A stretch of 59,692 bases of DNA from Patescibacteria group bacterium UBA6816 (lineage in GTDB: Bacteria > Patescibacteriota > Patescibacteriia > UBA2591 > UBA6264): contig DKES01000021.1 of the NCBI GenBank assembly GCA_002452615.1, positions 1 to 59,692 on the forward strand, read 5' to 3'. Shown piece by piece: positions 44,179 to 52,661 of this stretch; the first letter of the stretch is position 1; the number at the start of each line of letters is the position of its first letter. The notes under the pieces are model-generated. The model did not search any database. It was not told the DNA's origin and saw nothing but the letters and a program-made list of their open reading frames with translations. A program made the translations under genes and the position numbers.

Positions 44179-44436
44179 CTATTCTAACATTTCTTCTTCC
44201 ATTTCTGGTTCAGCTTCCATTTCTGGTTCAGCTTCCATTTCTGGTTCAGCTTCCATTTCTGGTTCAGCTTCCATTTCTTCTTCAGCTCCTATTTCTGGTT
44301 CAAAAGTTTCTGGCATTTCCTCTTCAAACATTTCCTCTTCTGGTTCTTCTTGTACTGGTGCCATGGTACAACCACTCACTAAACCTAGAACTAAAACTAG
44401 ACCAAGAAAAGAAAATAAAAATTTTGATTTCTTCAT
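44179..44436 (-). CDS. acidic repeat lipoprotein (85 aa from ATG 44436)
   Basis: Signal peptide plus lipobox MKKSKFLFSFLGLVLVLGLVSGC. Four perfect 18-nt repeats at 44209..44280 encode EAEPEM. The track ORF start at 44523 is an upstream extension that overlaps the neighbouring gene. Confidence 0.7.
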   Translation of the reverse strand: MKKSKFLFSFLGLVLVLGLVSGCTMAPVQEEPEEEMFEEEMPETFEPEIGAEEEMEAEPEMEAEPEMEAEPEMEAEPEMEEEMLE

Positions 44437-44482
44437 AAACGTGATATAATTAGATTTATTAAATTTTTTAAAACTTTCCCCC

Positions 44483-44947
44483 CTACAGCATTTCATTATA
44501 TATTTCGTCATAAATATTGTCAACCACTGCTCTAACTACTTTTCCTTCTTCGTTTACTGTCACTACAATCATATGAGTAACTTCTTGTTCAACCAATTCC
44601 TCTTCAGCTGAAAGGTCTCCATAACCTGGATAATCAGAAACAAAACTAAAAGAAAATTCTGTTCCCCCACTAGCTCTAATCGGGTCTCCCTCAATCATTA
44701 AATTTTTTCCAGAAAAAACATAAGTTGGAGAAAAATTTAAAACCCAATTTTGAGCAATTTCTTGTTCTTCGCTTTTATCTTCAGTCTCGATAATAACTGG
44801 TTCAGCTATAACTTCATTTTCTTCTAGTTCTGATTCTTCTTCAGCTCCTAATTCTGGTTCTTCTTTTGGGGCCATGGTACAACCACTCACCAAACCTAGA
44901 ACTAAAACTAGACCAAGAAAAGAAAATAAAAATTTTGATTTTTTCAT
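44483..44947 (-). CDS. lipoprotein (154 aa), paralogous signal peptide
   Basis: The lipoprotein signal MKKSKFLFSFLGLVLVLGLVSGC is identical to that of the downstream gene. Confidence 0.75.
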   Translation of the reverse strand: MKKSKFLFSFLGLVLVLGLVSGCTMAPKEEPELGAEEESELEENEVIAEPVIIETEDKSEEQEIAQNWVLNFSPTYVFSGKNLMIEGDPIRASGGTEFSFSFVSDYPGYGDLSAEEELVEQEVTHMIVVTVNEEGKVVRAVVDNIYDEIYNEML

Positions 44948-45076
44948 AAAAACTTAAATTAAATAATTATTGTTAAACAATCTTATTTTAACTCAATCTA
45001 TTTAAGGTGTCAACTCTTTTAAACCCCTATCCCTCTTATTCAGATTTAATCTGAACAAGAGGGTTTAAAATCACCA

Positions 45077-46270
45077 TTAATCTATCTTTAATAATTTTCC
45101 AACATAATCAACATCTTTATCTCCTCTACCAGAAAGATTTACTACTATTATCTTATCTTTACTTAATTGAGGGACAATTTTTATTGCCTGGGCCAAAGCA
45201 TGAGCACTTTCTAAGGCTGGAATAATTCCTTCTACCTGACTTAATAAAGAAAAAGCTTTTAAAGCTTCTTGGTCATTAATGGTCACATATTCAACTTTTT
45301 TTTGGTCCTTAAAAAAAGAATGTTCTGGCCCAACCCCAGGATAATCTAACCCCGAAGCAATTGAGTGCACTGGTTGAGGCTCTCCTTTTTTATTTTGTAA
45401 AAGATAAGTAAACATTCCATGCAAATTTCCAGGAGAACCTAAAGTTAAGGTCGCAGCGTGGTCACCGGGACGAAAACTTTTACCCGCCGGCTCCACTCCA
45501 ATCATTTTAATTTTATCATCAAGAAAAGCATTAAATAATCCCATGGCATTAGAACCTCCTCCAACACAAGCAATTAAATAATCTGGTAACCTGTTTTCTT
45601 TTTTTAGAATCTGTTTTTTTGCTTCTTTTCCCACCACTGATTGAAAATCTCTAATCATCATTGGATAAGGATGTGGGCCCACTACTGAACCAATCCCAAA
45701 AAAAGTATTTTTAAGGTCGTGAAGATAAGCTTCAAAAGCGCTATCAACAGCATCTTTTAAACATTTTCCACCCTTATTAACCGTTACTATTTTAGCTCCT
45801 AATATCTTCATTCGCAAAACATTGGGATGTTGCTTTTTAATATCAATTGCTCCCATGTGAATCTCACATTTTAATCCCGTAATAATGGCGGCGGTAGCCA
45901 GGGCTACTCCGTGTTGCCCTGCCCCGGTTTCAGCTAATAATTTCTTTTTTTTCATGCTTTTGGCCAATAAAGCTTCTCCTAAAGTATGATTAATTTTATG
46001 AGCGCCAGTATGATTAAGGTCTTCTCTTTTTAAATATATTTTGGCTCCTCCTAATTTTTTAGTTAAATTTTTTGCCAAAAATAATGGTGAAGGTCTTCCC
46101 ACGTAATCAACTAAAAGCCGTTGATATTCTTTTTGAAAAGACTTATCTTTTTTCATCTCTTGATAGGCTTTTTCAATTTTTACTAACTCTTTTTTTACTT
46201 CTGGAGGAACGATTTGTCCACCGTACTGGCCAAAAAATCCTTGTTTATTAGGTAATTTTATTTTTTTCAT
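45077..46270 (-). CDS. trpB: tryptophan synthase beta chain
   Basis: [13 protein letters not shown], the PLP-lysine motif [11 protein letters not shown], and GGGSNAMG. 397 aa. Confidence 0.93.
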   Translation of the reverse strand: MKKIKLPNKQGFFGQYGGQIVPPEVKKELVKIEKAYQEMKKDKSFQKEYQRLLVDYVGRPSPLFLAKNLTKKLGGAKIYLKREDLNHTGAHKINHTLGEALLAKSMKKKKLLAETGAGQHGVALATAAIITGLKCEIHMGAIDIKKQHPNVLRMKILGAKIVTVNKGGKCLKDAVDSAFEAYLHDLKNTFFGIGSVVGPHPYPMMIRDFQSVVGKEAKKQILKKENRLPDYLIACVGGGSNAMGLFNAFLDDKIKMIGVEPAGKSFRPGDHAATLTLGSPGNLHGMFTYLLQNKKGEPQPVHSIASGLDYPGVGPEHSFFKDQKKVEYVTINDQEALKAFSLLSQVEGIIPALESAHALAQAIKIVPQLSKDKIIVVNLSGRGDKDVDYVGKLLKID

Positions 46271-46380
46271 AAAAATTAAATTAAATTAAAAAAATTGATA
46301 AATAAAAACTAATCCTCTTAAACCAATAATAGGTCGCCAAATTTTTAAAATAAAATTTAATTTTTCTTTTTTTCATTAGT

Positions 46381-46410
46381 AAAAATAAAAAACCGCCTAG
46401 TAGGCGGTCC
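46381..46410 (-). terminator. attenuator terminator (segments 3:4 plus U-tract)
   Basis: The minus strand reads GGACCGCC-tacta-GGCGGT followed by TTTTTTATTTTT. Confidence 0.75.
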
Positions 46411-46435
46411 TAAATTAAAAGATTAATAATCAAAA

Positions 46436-46498
46436 CTACCGCCTACCAAAAGAGGCGGTCCACCAGTTTAAATTGAATTTAATCAATAAAGATTTCAT
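46436..46498 (-). CDS. trp leader peptide, 20 aa, MKSLLIKFNLNWWTASFGRR
   Basis: ATG at 46498, TGG TGG at 46465..46460, TAG at 46438..46436. The Trp codons lie directly 5' of hairpin segment 1, and the stop codon is embedded in segment 2. Confidence 0.7.
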   Translation of the reverse strand: MKSLLIKFNLNWWTASFGRR

Positions 46499-46504
46499 AT
46501 CTTT

Positions 46505-46532
46505 ATATTAGTTTAAATCATTTTTTAGTCAA
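46505..46532 (-). promoter_or_regulatory. promoter of the trp leader (TTGACT-16 nt-TAATAT)
   Basis: The minus strand has TTGACT (46532..46527), a 16-nt spacer and TAATAT (46510..46505). The leader ATG starts 7 nt after the -10. Confidence 0.55.
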
Positions 46533-46580
46533 GTTAATTTATCCCCTTAAAATTCCCTCCCTCAGCAGCACTTATAAAAA

Positions 46581-47384
46581 CTACTTTTTCAATAATTCTT
46601 CTTCATAAACAGGCCTTTTTCTTTGATAAAAAATACCTAAAGGAATTTTAGAATTATTATCTTCATAATCCCACTCTTTTATCTTCTTAATTATTTCTTG
46701 GTCAGATTTTAAATCACCTTTTTTCATTTCATACACTCTTTGATTGTAAAAATCAGTGGTGTCAAAAAAAGTAATACAAGGCTGAAGAATTTCAATAAAA
46801 GAAAAACCTTTATGTTTAGCTCCTTTTTTAATCAAATCTTGAAGGTGATTAATTTTCATAGAATATCCTCGAGCAATAAAACTGGCCCTTAATGAAAACA
46901 TTAAGCTTAAGGGATTAAATGACTCTTCAATGCTTCCTTGAGGAGTTGATTTTCCTTTAAATCCTTTGGGCGAAGTTGCTGTAAATTGGCTAGTGGTTAA
47001 AGCAAAATTTCTATTATTATGAACTAAAACCGTAAGGTCAGTGTTTCTTTTAGCGGCGTGAATTAAATGGGCAATTCCCTCATTATAACAACCTCCATCT
47101 CCAATAAATACAATAACCTTGAGCTTAGGATTGGCCATTTTTATTCCTTGAGCTGAAATAACTGGTCGTCCATGTAAGGAAGAAAAGCTGTTTAAATTTA
47201 TGTAATCAATAATTTTTGAGCTACAGCCAATCCCACTTACTAAAACTATTTCTTCTTTTGGGGTTCCTTTTTTTATCATTTCAGCAACGACTCCTTTTAG
47301 AGCGGCTAAAATAGCAAAATTACCACATCCTGGACACCAAGTATTTTGCGCTGAAGTTTCTAATTTTATATTTTTATCAGACAT
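46581..47384 (-). CDS. 2-oxoacid:ferredoxin oxidoreductase beta (TPP-binding) subunit
   Basis: NTWCPGCGNF motif and the GDGG TPP-binding motif (FIGDGGCYNEG). Confidence 0.92.
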   Translation of the reverse strand: MSDKNIKLETSAQNTWCPGCGNFAILAALKGVVAEMIKKGTPKEEIVLVSGIGCSSKIIDYINLNSFSSLHGRPVISAQGIKMANPKLKVIVFIGDGGCYNEGIAHLIHAAKRNTDLTVLVHNNRNFALTTSQFTATSPKGFKGKSTPQGSIEESFNPLSLMFSLRASFIARGYSMKINHLQDLIKKGAKHKGFSFIEILQPCITFFDTTDFYNQRVYEMKKGDLKSDQEIIKKIKEWDYEDNNSKIPLGIFYQRKRPVYEEELLKK

Positions 47385-47391
47385 ATGATTG

Positions 47392-49014
47392 TTAAAATTT
47401 AGATAATTTTTTTTCTATTTCTTCTGGTAAAAATGGCCGGGCATCATATTTTAAAACTTTTTTGTCTATTCTTATTCCATAACTATTTAAAAGTTTTTCC
47501 ATTTGTCCTAAAGCATTAGTTTCTACTAAGGCAATTTTTTTTACTCCTTTTAAAGCCTGTTTTACTTTCTTTTCTGGAAAAGGCTGTAAAATAATCGGCT
47601 GAACCATTTTAAATCCTAATCTCTCTGCCGCTTCTTTGGCTGGCCCCTTTGTTGACCCCCAACAAATAATAGCCTTCTTTGACTTTTTGTTTCCGTAAAC
47701 TTTAACTGATTCTAATCTATCTACCTCTTTTTCCATTTCTTTAAACTTTCTTAATCTTTTATTCTGCATTTTTTCTGTATTTTCTTCATCTTCTATGGTT
47801 AAACCAAATTCATCATGTTCATAGCTATTTGATTTAGAAATTACATTTTTATCCCCGGGAAAAGCCATGGGAGAAATCCCATTTTTTGTGTCTTGATATC
47901 TCAAATATCTCCCTTTTTTATCCCATAAAAGAGGTCTTTCACAATTGATTTTTTTTAAAATATCTTTATCAAAACTAAAAGTACTCTCAGAAATTTCCTT
48001 ATCTATTAATAAAATTGAAGGGGTCTGATATTTCCAGGCCAGATTTAATATTTTTCCTCCCCAAAAACAAGACTCTTCGGCATCACCAGGGGCAATCACA
48101 AAACTAACAATATCCCCGTGTCCGGCACTTAAGACAAATGATAAATCTCCTTGGGCTTGATAAGTTGGGACCCCACTTCCCGGAGACATTCTTTGACTTT
48201 CTACTATTACTAAAGGATTTTCACTTTGGGCCGCTAAACTAAATCCTTCCGTCATTAAAGCAAAACCTCCTCCAGAAGTTCCAACCATGGTTCTAGTTCC
48301 GGCATAAGCTGCTCCTACGGCGGCATTAACAATTCCTACTTCGTTTTCTAACTGAGAAACAACCACTTTAAACTTATCCTTGTTTTTTGCTAAATAATGT
48401 AAAATTCCTGTGGCCGGGGTCATGGGATAAGCAAGATAAAGTTTAAGTCCGGCTTTTACCGCTCCTAAAGCCAGGGCTTCATTACCAGTTATAAGGGGAA
48501 ATACTTTTTTATTTAATCTTTTGATTTTAAATAATATTTCTGCTTTATCAAAAGCTTTTTGGGCCACTTTTAAATTTAACTTTTGAAATTTTTTAAATTC
48601 TTGTTTTAAAACTTTTTCTAAAATTTTCCATTCTATCCCAATATTCTTGGCAAAAATAGCAATAATGGCTGTATTTTCCATCATTGGTTTACCCTTAACT
48701 TCTTCCACTGCTTTTTTTGCCATGCTGTCATGAATAATAATCCCCTTTTTATCCAATTTCTTTTGATGTTTTTTAATAACCTCTTCATTTAAACCTAATA
48801 AAAAATCAAGTTTTTTTCTATGAGAAAGAACTTTTTTGTCTGAAGCTCTAAGATGAGAAAAACTATGTCCTCCTCTAATCAAAGATTGGTAATCGTCATA
48901 AATAAAAATCTTATAACCAAGTTCAGCAAATAACTTAGCAATTATTAACCCGGCTTTCCTGGAACCTTCGCCAGCTCGACCTCCTATTAAAATTGAAAAA
49001 TCTTTTTTAATCAT
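47392..49014 (-). CDS. 2-oxoacid:ferredoxin oxidoreductase gamma-alpha fusion subunit
   Basis: 540 aa. The N-terminal gamma-like domain (IGGRAGEG) is followed by an alpha domain (GNEALALGA..AYPMTPAT). Confidence 0.9.
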   Translation of the reverse strand: MIKKDFSILIGGRAGEGSRKAGLIIAKLFAELGYKIFIYDDYQSLIRGGHSFSHLRASDKKVLSHRKKLDFLLGLNEEVIKKHQKKLDKKGIIIHDSMAKKAVEEVKGKPMMENTAIIAIFAKNIGIEWKILEKVLKQEFKKFQKLNLKVAQKAFDKAEILFKIKRLNKKVFPLITGNEALALGAVKAGLKLYLAYPMTPATGILHYLAKNKDKFKVVVSQLENEVGIVNAAVGAAYAGTRTMVGTSGGGFALMTEGFSLAAQSENPLVIVESQRMSPGSGVPTYQAQGDLSFVLSAGHGDIVSFVIAPGDAEESCFWGGKILNLAWKYQTPSILLIDKEISESTFSFDKDILKKINCERPLLWDKKGRYLRYQDTKNGISPMAFPGDKNVISKSNSYEHDEFGLTIEDEENTEKMQNKRLRKFKEMEKEVDRLESVKVYGNKKSKKAIICWGSTKGPAKEAAERLGFKMVQPIILQPFPEKKVKQALKGVKKIALVETNALGQMEKLLNSYGIRIDKKVLKYDARPFLPEEIEKKLSKF

Positions 49015-49201
49015 GTCTCTAATTATTTATTACTCTATGGTCATATTATTATACATATAATATTAAAATAAATGAAATTCCCTTTTTAAACATAAAATTA
49101 TTTTAATAAATTTCTAAAAATTTATTTTCTTATTTATATTATAATACTTTTTAATAAAAAAACGTCTAAGTGTGGGTTATTTTCTTTTATTAATTATTAT
49201 T

Positions 49202-50608
49202 TTATTTTTTAGGAAAAAGAGGTTTACCAAACTTAATTTTTTTAGAATTAAATCTTTTTTCTATTTCTTCAGCTATCTCAGGAAGAAAAGGTTTTAAATC
49301 ATAAGCAATTTGACGAACCGTTTTAACTGCATGACCTAAAATTTCAGTCAGTTCCTTATTTTGCTTGTGCCAAAATTCTTTCTTTTCAAGATATTTATTT
49401 TCTTTGCTTATTTTATTCCAAATCTCCTTTAAAGCTTGATTAAAATTAAAATTATTTAAATTATTTTCAATATAAGGAGAAAATTTTTCCGGTAAATTAA
49501 AATCAGCCTTATAATCAGAACGGGAACAAACTTTAGATACTCTCTGAACTAAATTTCCGAGTCCGTCGGCCAGCTCTTTGTTATAAACATTTTCCACCCG
49601 GTCCCAAGAAATATCAGCATCTTTAAATAAAGGGCCGTGCCTTAAAAGATAATATCGGGCAACCCCTCTTCCAAATTTTTTTACTATCTCTGAAACTGTG
49701 ATAATATTATTTTCTGACTTACTTAATTTTTTACTTTTCATACTTAAAAATTCATGGGCTAAAATTACATCTGGCACCCTCAAGTCAGCCGCTTTTAACA
49801 TTGCTGGCCACAACAGTGCGTGCCATCGTAAATTATCTTTTCCCAAGAGATGAATAATATGGGTCTGTTCATCCCAAAAACCTTTTGGTTGAGCCGCGCT
49901 ATAATAGTTTATTAAAGCATCAAACCAAACATAAATTGTTTGCTCCTGGTCTTCTGGAACTGAAATTCCCCAATCTATGTTTTTACGAGAAACAGAAATA
50001 TCTTTTAACCCTTGTTTAAGAAAATTAATCATTTCCCTTTTTTTATTTTTAGGAACAACAAAATCTTCTTTCTTTTCTAAAAGATTTAATAAAAAAGACT
50101 GATATTTAGACCATTTAAAAAAATAATTTTCTTCTTCTATTTTTTGTAAATCCTTAGAAGGATGATCTCCACATCGCCCGTTAACAAGTTCTGATTTTCT
50201 TTTAAAGGCTTCACAACCTAAGCAATAATATCCCTCAGATTTTTCTTTGTATAAATCGCCTTTATTTTTAGTTTTTTTCCAAAATTCTTTTACATATTTT
50301 TCATGGTCAGCATCAGTAGTCCGAATAAAACGATTATAAGAAATATTTAGCAAATCAAGTTCTTCTTTATCTTTCTTTGCTATTTGGTCTACATATTCTT
50401 TCGGTTCTAAATTTTTTTTACGGGCAGTTTCTTCGATATTTTGGCCATGTTCGTCAGTCCCAGTAGTAAAATATACCTCTTTTCCTAATATTCGATTATA
50501 CCTTGCTAAAACATCGGCTAATATCTTTTGATAAGCATGTCCTATATGAATAGGGCTATTAGCATAATCTATCGCAGTGGTAATTAAAATTTTATCTTTT
50601 TTAGTCAT
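49202..50608 (-). CDS. metG: methionine--tRNA ligase
   Basis: HIGHAY and KLSKS class I motifs. Zinc knuckle YCLGCEAF...CGDHP. Confidence 0.95.
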   Translation of the reverse strand: MTKKDKILITTAIDYANSPIHIGHAYQKILADVLARYNRILGKEVYFTTGTDEHGQNIEETARKKNLEPKEYVDQIAKKDKEELDLLNISYNRFIRTTDADHEKYVKEFWKKTKNKGDLYKEKSEGYYCLGCEAFKRKSELVNGRCGDHPSKDLQKIEEENYFFKWSKYQSFLLNLLEKKEDFVVPKNKKREMINFLKQGLKDISVSRKNIDWGISVPEDQEQTIYVWFDALINYYSAAQPKGFWDEQTHIIHLLGKDNLRWHALLWPAMLKAADLRVPDVILAHEFLSMKSKKLSKSENNIITVSEIVKKFGRGVARYYLLRHGPLFKDADISWDRVENVYNKELADGLGNLVQRVSKVCSRSDYKADFNLPEKFSPYIENNLNNFNFNQALKEIWNKISKENKYLEKKEFWHKQNKELTEILGHAVKTVRQIAYDLKPFLPEIAEEIEKRFNSKKIKFGKPLFPKK

Positions 50609-50727
50609 AAATATTAAATGAGATAATCCTTGATCTAATTATTTTCCTTTGTTCTCTGTGATTATATGTTAATTTAAAAAAGAGGTTTAGTCAAGATAAA
50701 AAAGGTTTTTAAAAACCTTTTTATTTT

Positions 50728-50761
50728 TGACTTCCCCAGGCGAATGAAATTAAAACTATTT
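50728..50761 (+). repeat. roughly 40-nt dispersed element, decayed copy (E4)
   Basis: tgacttccccaggcgaatgaaattaaaactattt aligns with 52142..52180. Confidence 0.5.
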
Positions 50762-50816
50762 AAAAGGAGACAAAATATAATTAAAAAAGAATCCTATCTC
50801 TTAAGATGGATTCTTT

Positions 50817-51338
50817 TTAAATTTGCCTCCTTTTCTCTCTGTTTTTTAAAGCCAAATATTTTTTCCCTTTTCTGTCGTAAATATGGTATAAAATAAATAA
50901 CCACTCTTTTAACCAATCTGTAATCGGGATTTGGTAATTAATTGGCTCTAAAGAAATTTTGAGGTTATAGGCTCTAAAACAGATCCAAAATCTAATCGCG
51001 TGTTGCCATTGAGTGATAACCGTAATCTCTGGATTTTTAATTCCCATTAAGAATAACTTTGAGGTGCTAAATTTCACATTTTGAAACGTGTCTAGAGACC
51101 TTTCTTCTAAGATTATTTGGTGATAAGATATTCCCTTTTTCACCAAATACTTGGCCATCAATCTGGCCCCTGGGATTGTTTGAATTTTAGGGGGTAAAAA
51201 AATTCCACCAGATAAGAGAATAAAATCAAAATCTCCTTTTCTATATTTTTTTAAACCCGCCTCAATACGTTTTATCGTATCTTGAACTAACTTATTCTTT
51301 TCAACAACCCCACCGAGAGGAATCATTAATATCTTCAA
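50817..51338 (-). CDS. YdcF/DUF218-family protein
   Basis: ILLSGGIFLPP...ARLMAKYLVKKGI...EERSLDTFQN is the pattern typical of DUF218. Probable TTG start after GGAGGAG. Confidence 0.75.
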   Translation of the reverse strand: MKILMIPLGGVVEKNKLVQDTIKRIEAGLKKYRKGDFDFILLSGGIFLPPKIQTIPGARLMAKYLVKKGISYHQIILEERSLDTFQNVKFSTSKLFLMGIKNPEITVITQWQHAIRFWICFRAYNLKISLEPINYQIPITDWLKEWLFILYHIYDRKGKKYLALKNREKRRQI

Positions 51339-51409
51339 AACTCCTCCTTTCTTTTTTAAAGATTATTTTTATAATATCATATTTTTGATTTTTGTCAAGA
51401 TTAAATAAA

Positions 51410-51439
51410 ACAGAAAAGGCTTAAATAAGCCTTTTCTGT
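51410..51439 (-). terminator. hairpin terminator after the RelE-type toxin gene
   Basis: 14-nt perfect inverted repeat acagaaaaggctta/taagccttttctgt followed by a T-rich run on the minus strand. Confidence 0.6.
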
Positions 51440-51522
51440 TGGTTAAACTTGAAGAATGGAGGTGATTAAAGTTTGCTTATGGAAAATGGGTGATAATCTA
51501 AAATTAAAGTTTTATTAATCTA

Positions 51523-51792
51523 TTAATAAATCTCGTGTTTACCTATAAAATAAAATCTGGCTATATTTTTCTTTTTATCTGCAAAATCAAAAATAATCCT
51601 ATATTCATAATTTACAGAAAATGCTAAAAAGCTACTTAATTTACCATGAAGCCTGTGTGTTTTTAAACTTGAATCAAAAGGATTTTTACGATTTTTACGA
51701 AAAATTTTTTCTTTATCCTCAGCCAAATCTTTAATTTTTGCTGGCAACTTTTTGTATTGCTTTCCAAATTTAGGCAAATATAATATTTTCAT
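51523..51792 (-). CDS. RelE/ParE-superfamily type II toxin
   Basis: 89 aa. The pattern LKTHRLHGKL...YRIIF, and its position directly after a small RHH gene. Confidence 0.8.
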   Translation of the reverse strand: MKILYLPKFGKQYKKLPAKIKDLAEDKEKIFRKNRKNPFDSSLKTHRLHGKLSSFLAFSVNYEYRIIFDFADKKKNIARFYFIGKHEIY

Positions 51793-51800
51793 AAATCAAT

Positions 51801-52016
51801 CTATCGCAAATCCTTTAAAGATTTCAAAGTCTTTCCTTTGCCGGCCTCAAATTTTAAACGATCTTTTTTGAGTTCGTCTACTAATTTATTATCATTCCAT
51901 TCACGAATAAGATAACGAAAAAATTCACTAACAGAAGAATAACCTTTTTCTTTAATCTCTTTTTTTACCATCTTTACCATTTTTTCAGGCAAAGAGATGT
52001 TAACAATATTACGCAT
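51801..52016 (-). CDS. ribbon-helix-helix (CopG/ParD-like) antitoxin
   Basis: 71 aa. N-terminal beta-strand VNISLPEKMV followed by two helices (SVSEFFRYLIREW). Confidence 0.8.
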   Translation of the reverse strand: MRNIVNISLPEKMVKMVKKEIKEKGYSSVSEFFRYLIREWNDNKLVDELKKDRLKFEAGKGKTLKSLKDLR

Positions 52017-52030
52017 ATAATTATTTATTA

Positions 52031-52053
52031 ATTGTAATAATTTGTATTACAAT
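52031..52053. promoter_or_regulatory. 9-bp perfect inverted repeat, putative antitoxin operator
   Basis: attgtaata-atttg-tattacaat lies 15 nt upstream of the antitoxin ATG. Confidence 0.5.
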
Positions 52054-52141
52054 ATTAACAGATATAATTTAGATGTCAATTATAAAACTGTGGATAAACC
52101 AATTAACGAAATCGGGGTATCACTTGACCTTTTGTCTAGGT

Positions 52142-52180
52142 TGACTCCCCAGGGCGAACGAAGTTCGAACCTGTTTGAGT
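52142..52180 (+). repeat. roughly 40-nt dispersed element (E3) with a CGAAC-GAA-GTTCG hairpin
   Basis: tgactccccagggcgaacgaagttcgaacctgtttgag is related to 54256..54294, 59078..59113 and 50728..50761. Confidence 0.6.
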
Positions 52181-52191
52181 GTGTATTAAAA

Positions 52192-52214
52192 ATACACCGG
52201 TTCAACCAGTGTAT
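52192..52214. repeat. variant of the CACAGGTTCAACCTGTG palindrome
   Basis: atacaccggttcaaccagtgtat. One mismatch between the arms. Confidence 0.7.
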
Positions 52215-52310
52215 TTTTTATTTTATATCATTTTTTGGGAACAGTCCCCTTTTTTAAAGTCCCCTTTTCAATTAAAATTTTAATTATTATATTTTTTAGA
52301 TTTCTTTTTT

Positions 52311-52637
52311 CTACTTTTTTATTTTAACTGCCGTACCATAGGCCAACATTTCAGAAGCTCCCGCCATTACCATAGAAGTGGTAAACCTAATACCGGTAAC
52401 TGCATCTGCCCCTAAATTTAAGGCTTCGTTGACCATTCTATTATATGCTTCTTCTCTAGAATCTTTTGTCATTTCTGTATATGTTTTTACTTCTCCACCC
52501 ACAATATTTCTTATTCCAGCCCCAATATCTCGACCAATATTTCTTGCTCTAACAGTACTACCTTTAACTACTCCTAAAATTTCTATAATTTCTTTTCCGG
52601 GAATATTATTCCCGGTAGTTACAATGATATTTTCCAT
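52311..52637 (-). CDS. YbjQ-family (UPF0145) protein
   Basis: 108 aa. Full-length resemblance to YbjQ-type proteins (GIRNIVGGE...GADAV.GIRF). Confidence 0.88.
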   Translation of the reverse strand: MENIIVTTGNNIPGKEIIEILGVVKGSTVRARNIGRDIGAGIRNIVGGEVKTYTEMTKDSREEAYNRMVNEALNLGADAVTGIRFTTSMVMAGASEMLAYGTAVKIKK

Positions 52638-52661
52638 ATTGTTAAAAAATTAATTAATAAA

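Noticed and set aside
44437-44523. N-terminal extension of the acidic lipoprotein (track start 44523).
   Set aside because: The extension overlaps the upstream lipoprotein gene. An internal ATG at 44436 gives a canonical lipoprotein signal peptide identical to the neighbour's.
46436-46470. T-box riboswitch upstream of trpB, because AAACTGGTGGACCGCC resembles the T-box consensus (GGGTGGTACCGCG).
   Set aside because: No stem I, specifier loop or other T-box leader elements fit in the roughly 60 nt upstream. The TGGTGG is in frame as two Trp codons of a start-to-stop mini-ORF, and the four-segment pairing scheme is fully explained by ribosome-mediated attenuation. An Rfam scan would confirm this.
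52142-52180. tRNA gene fragments or pseudo-tRNAs at 52142, 54256 and 59078, considering TGG-N-7 nt ... TTCGAAC on the reverse complement.
   Set aside because: No complementary T-stem or acceptor partner can be drawn, so there is no cloverleaf. I kept them only as a dispersed repeat family, with possible tRNA-derived ancestry as speculation.
52042-52257. Track ORF of 71 aa on the plus strand.
   Set aside because: It spans the operator, the roughly 40-nt element and the palindrome in an intergenic gap. It has no RBS, and its sequence is repeat-derived.
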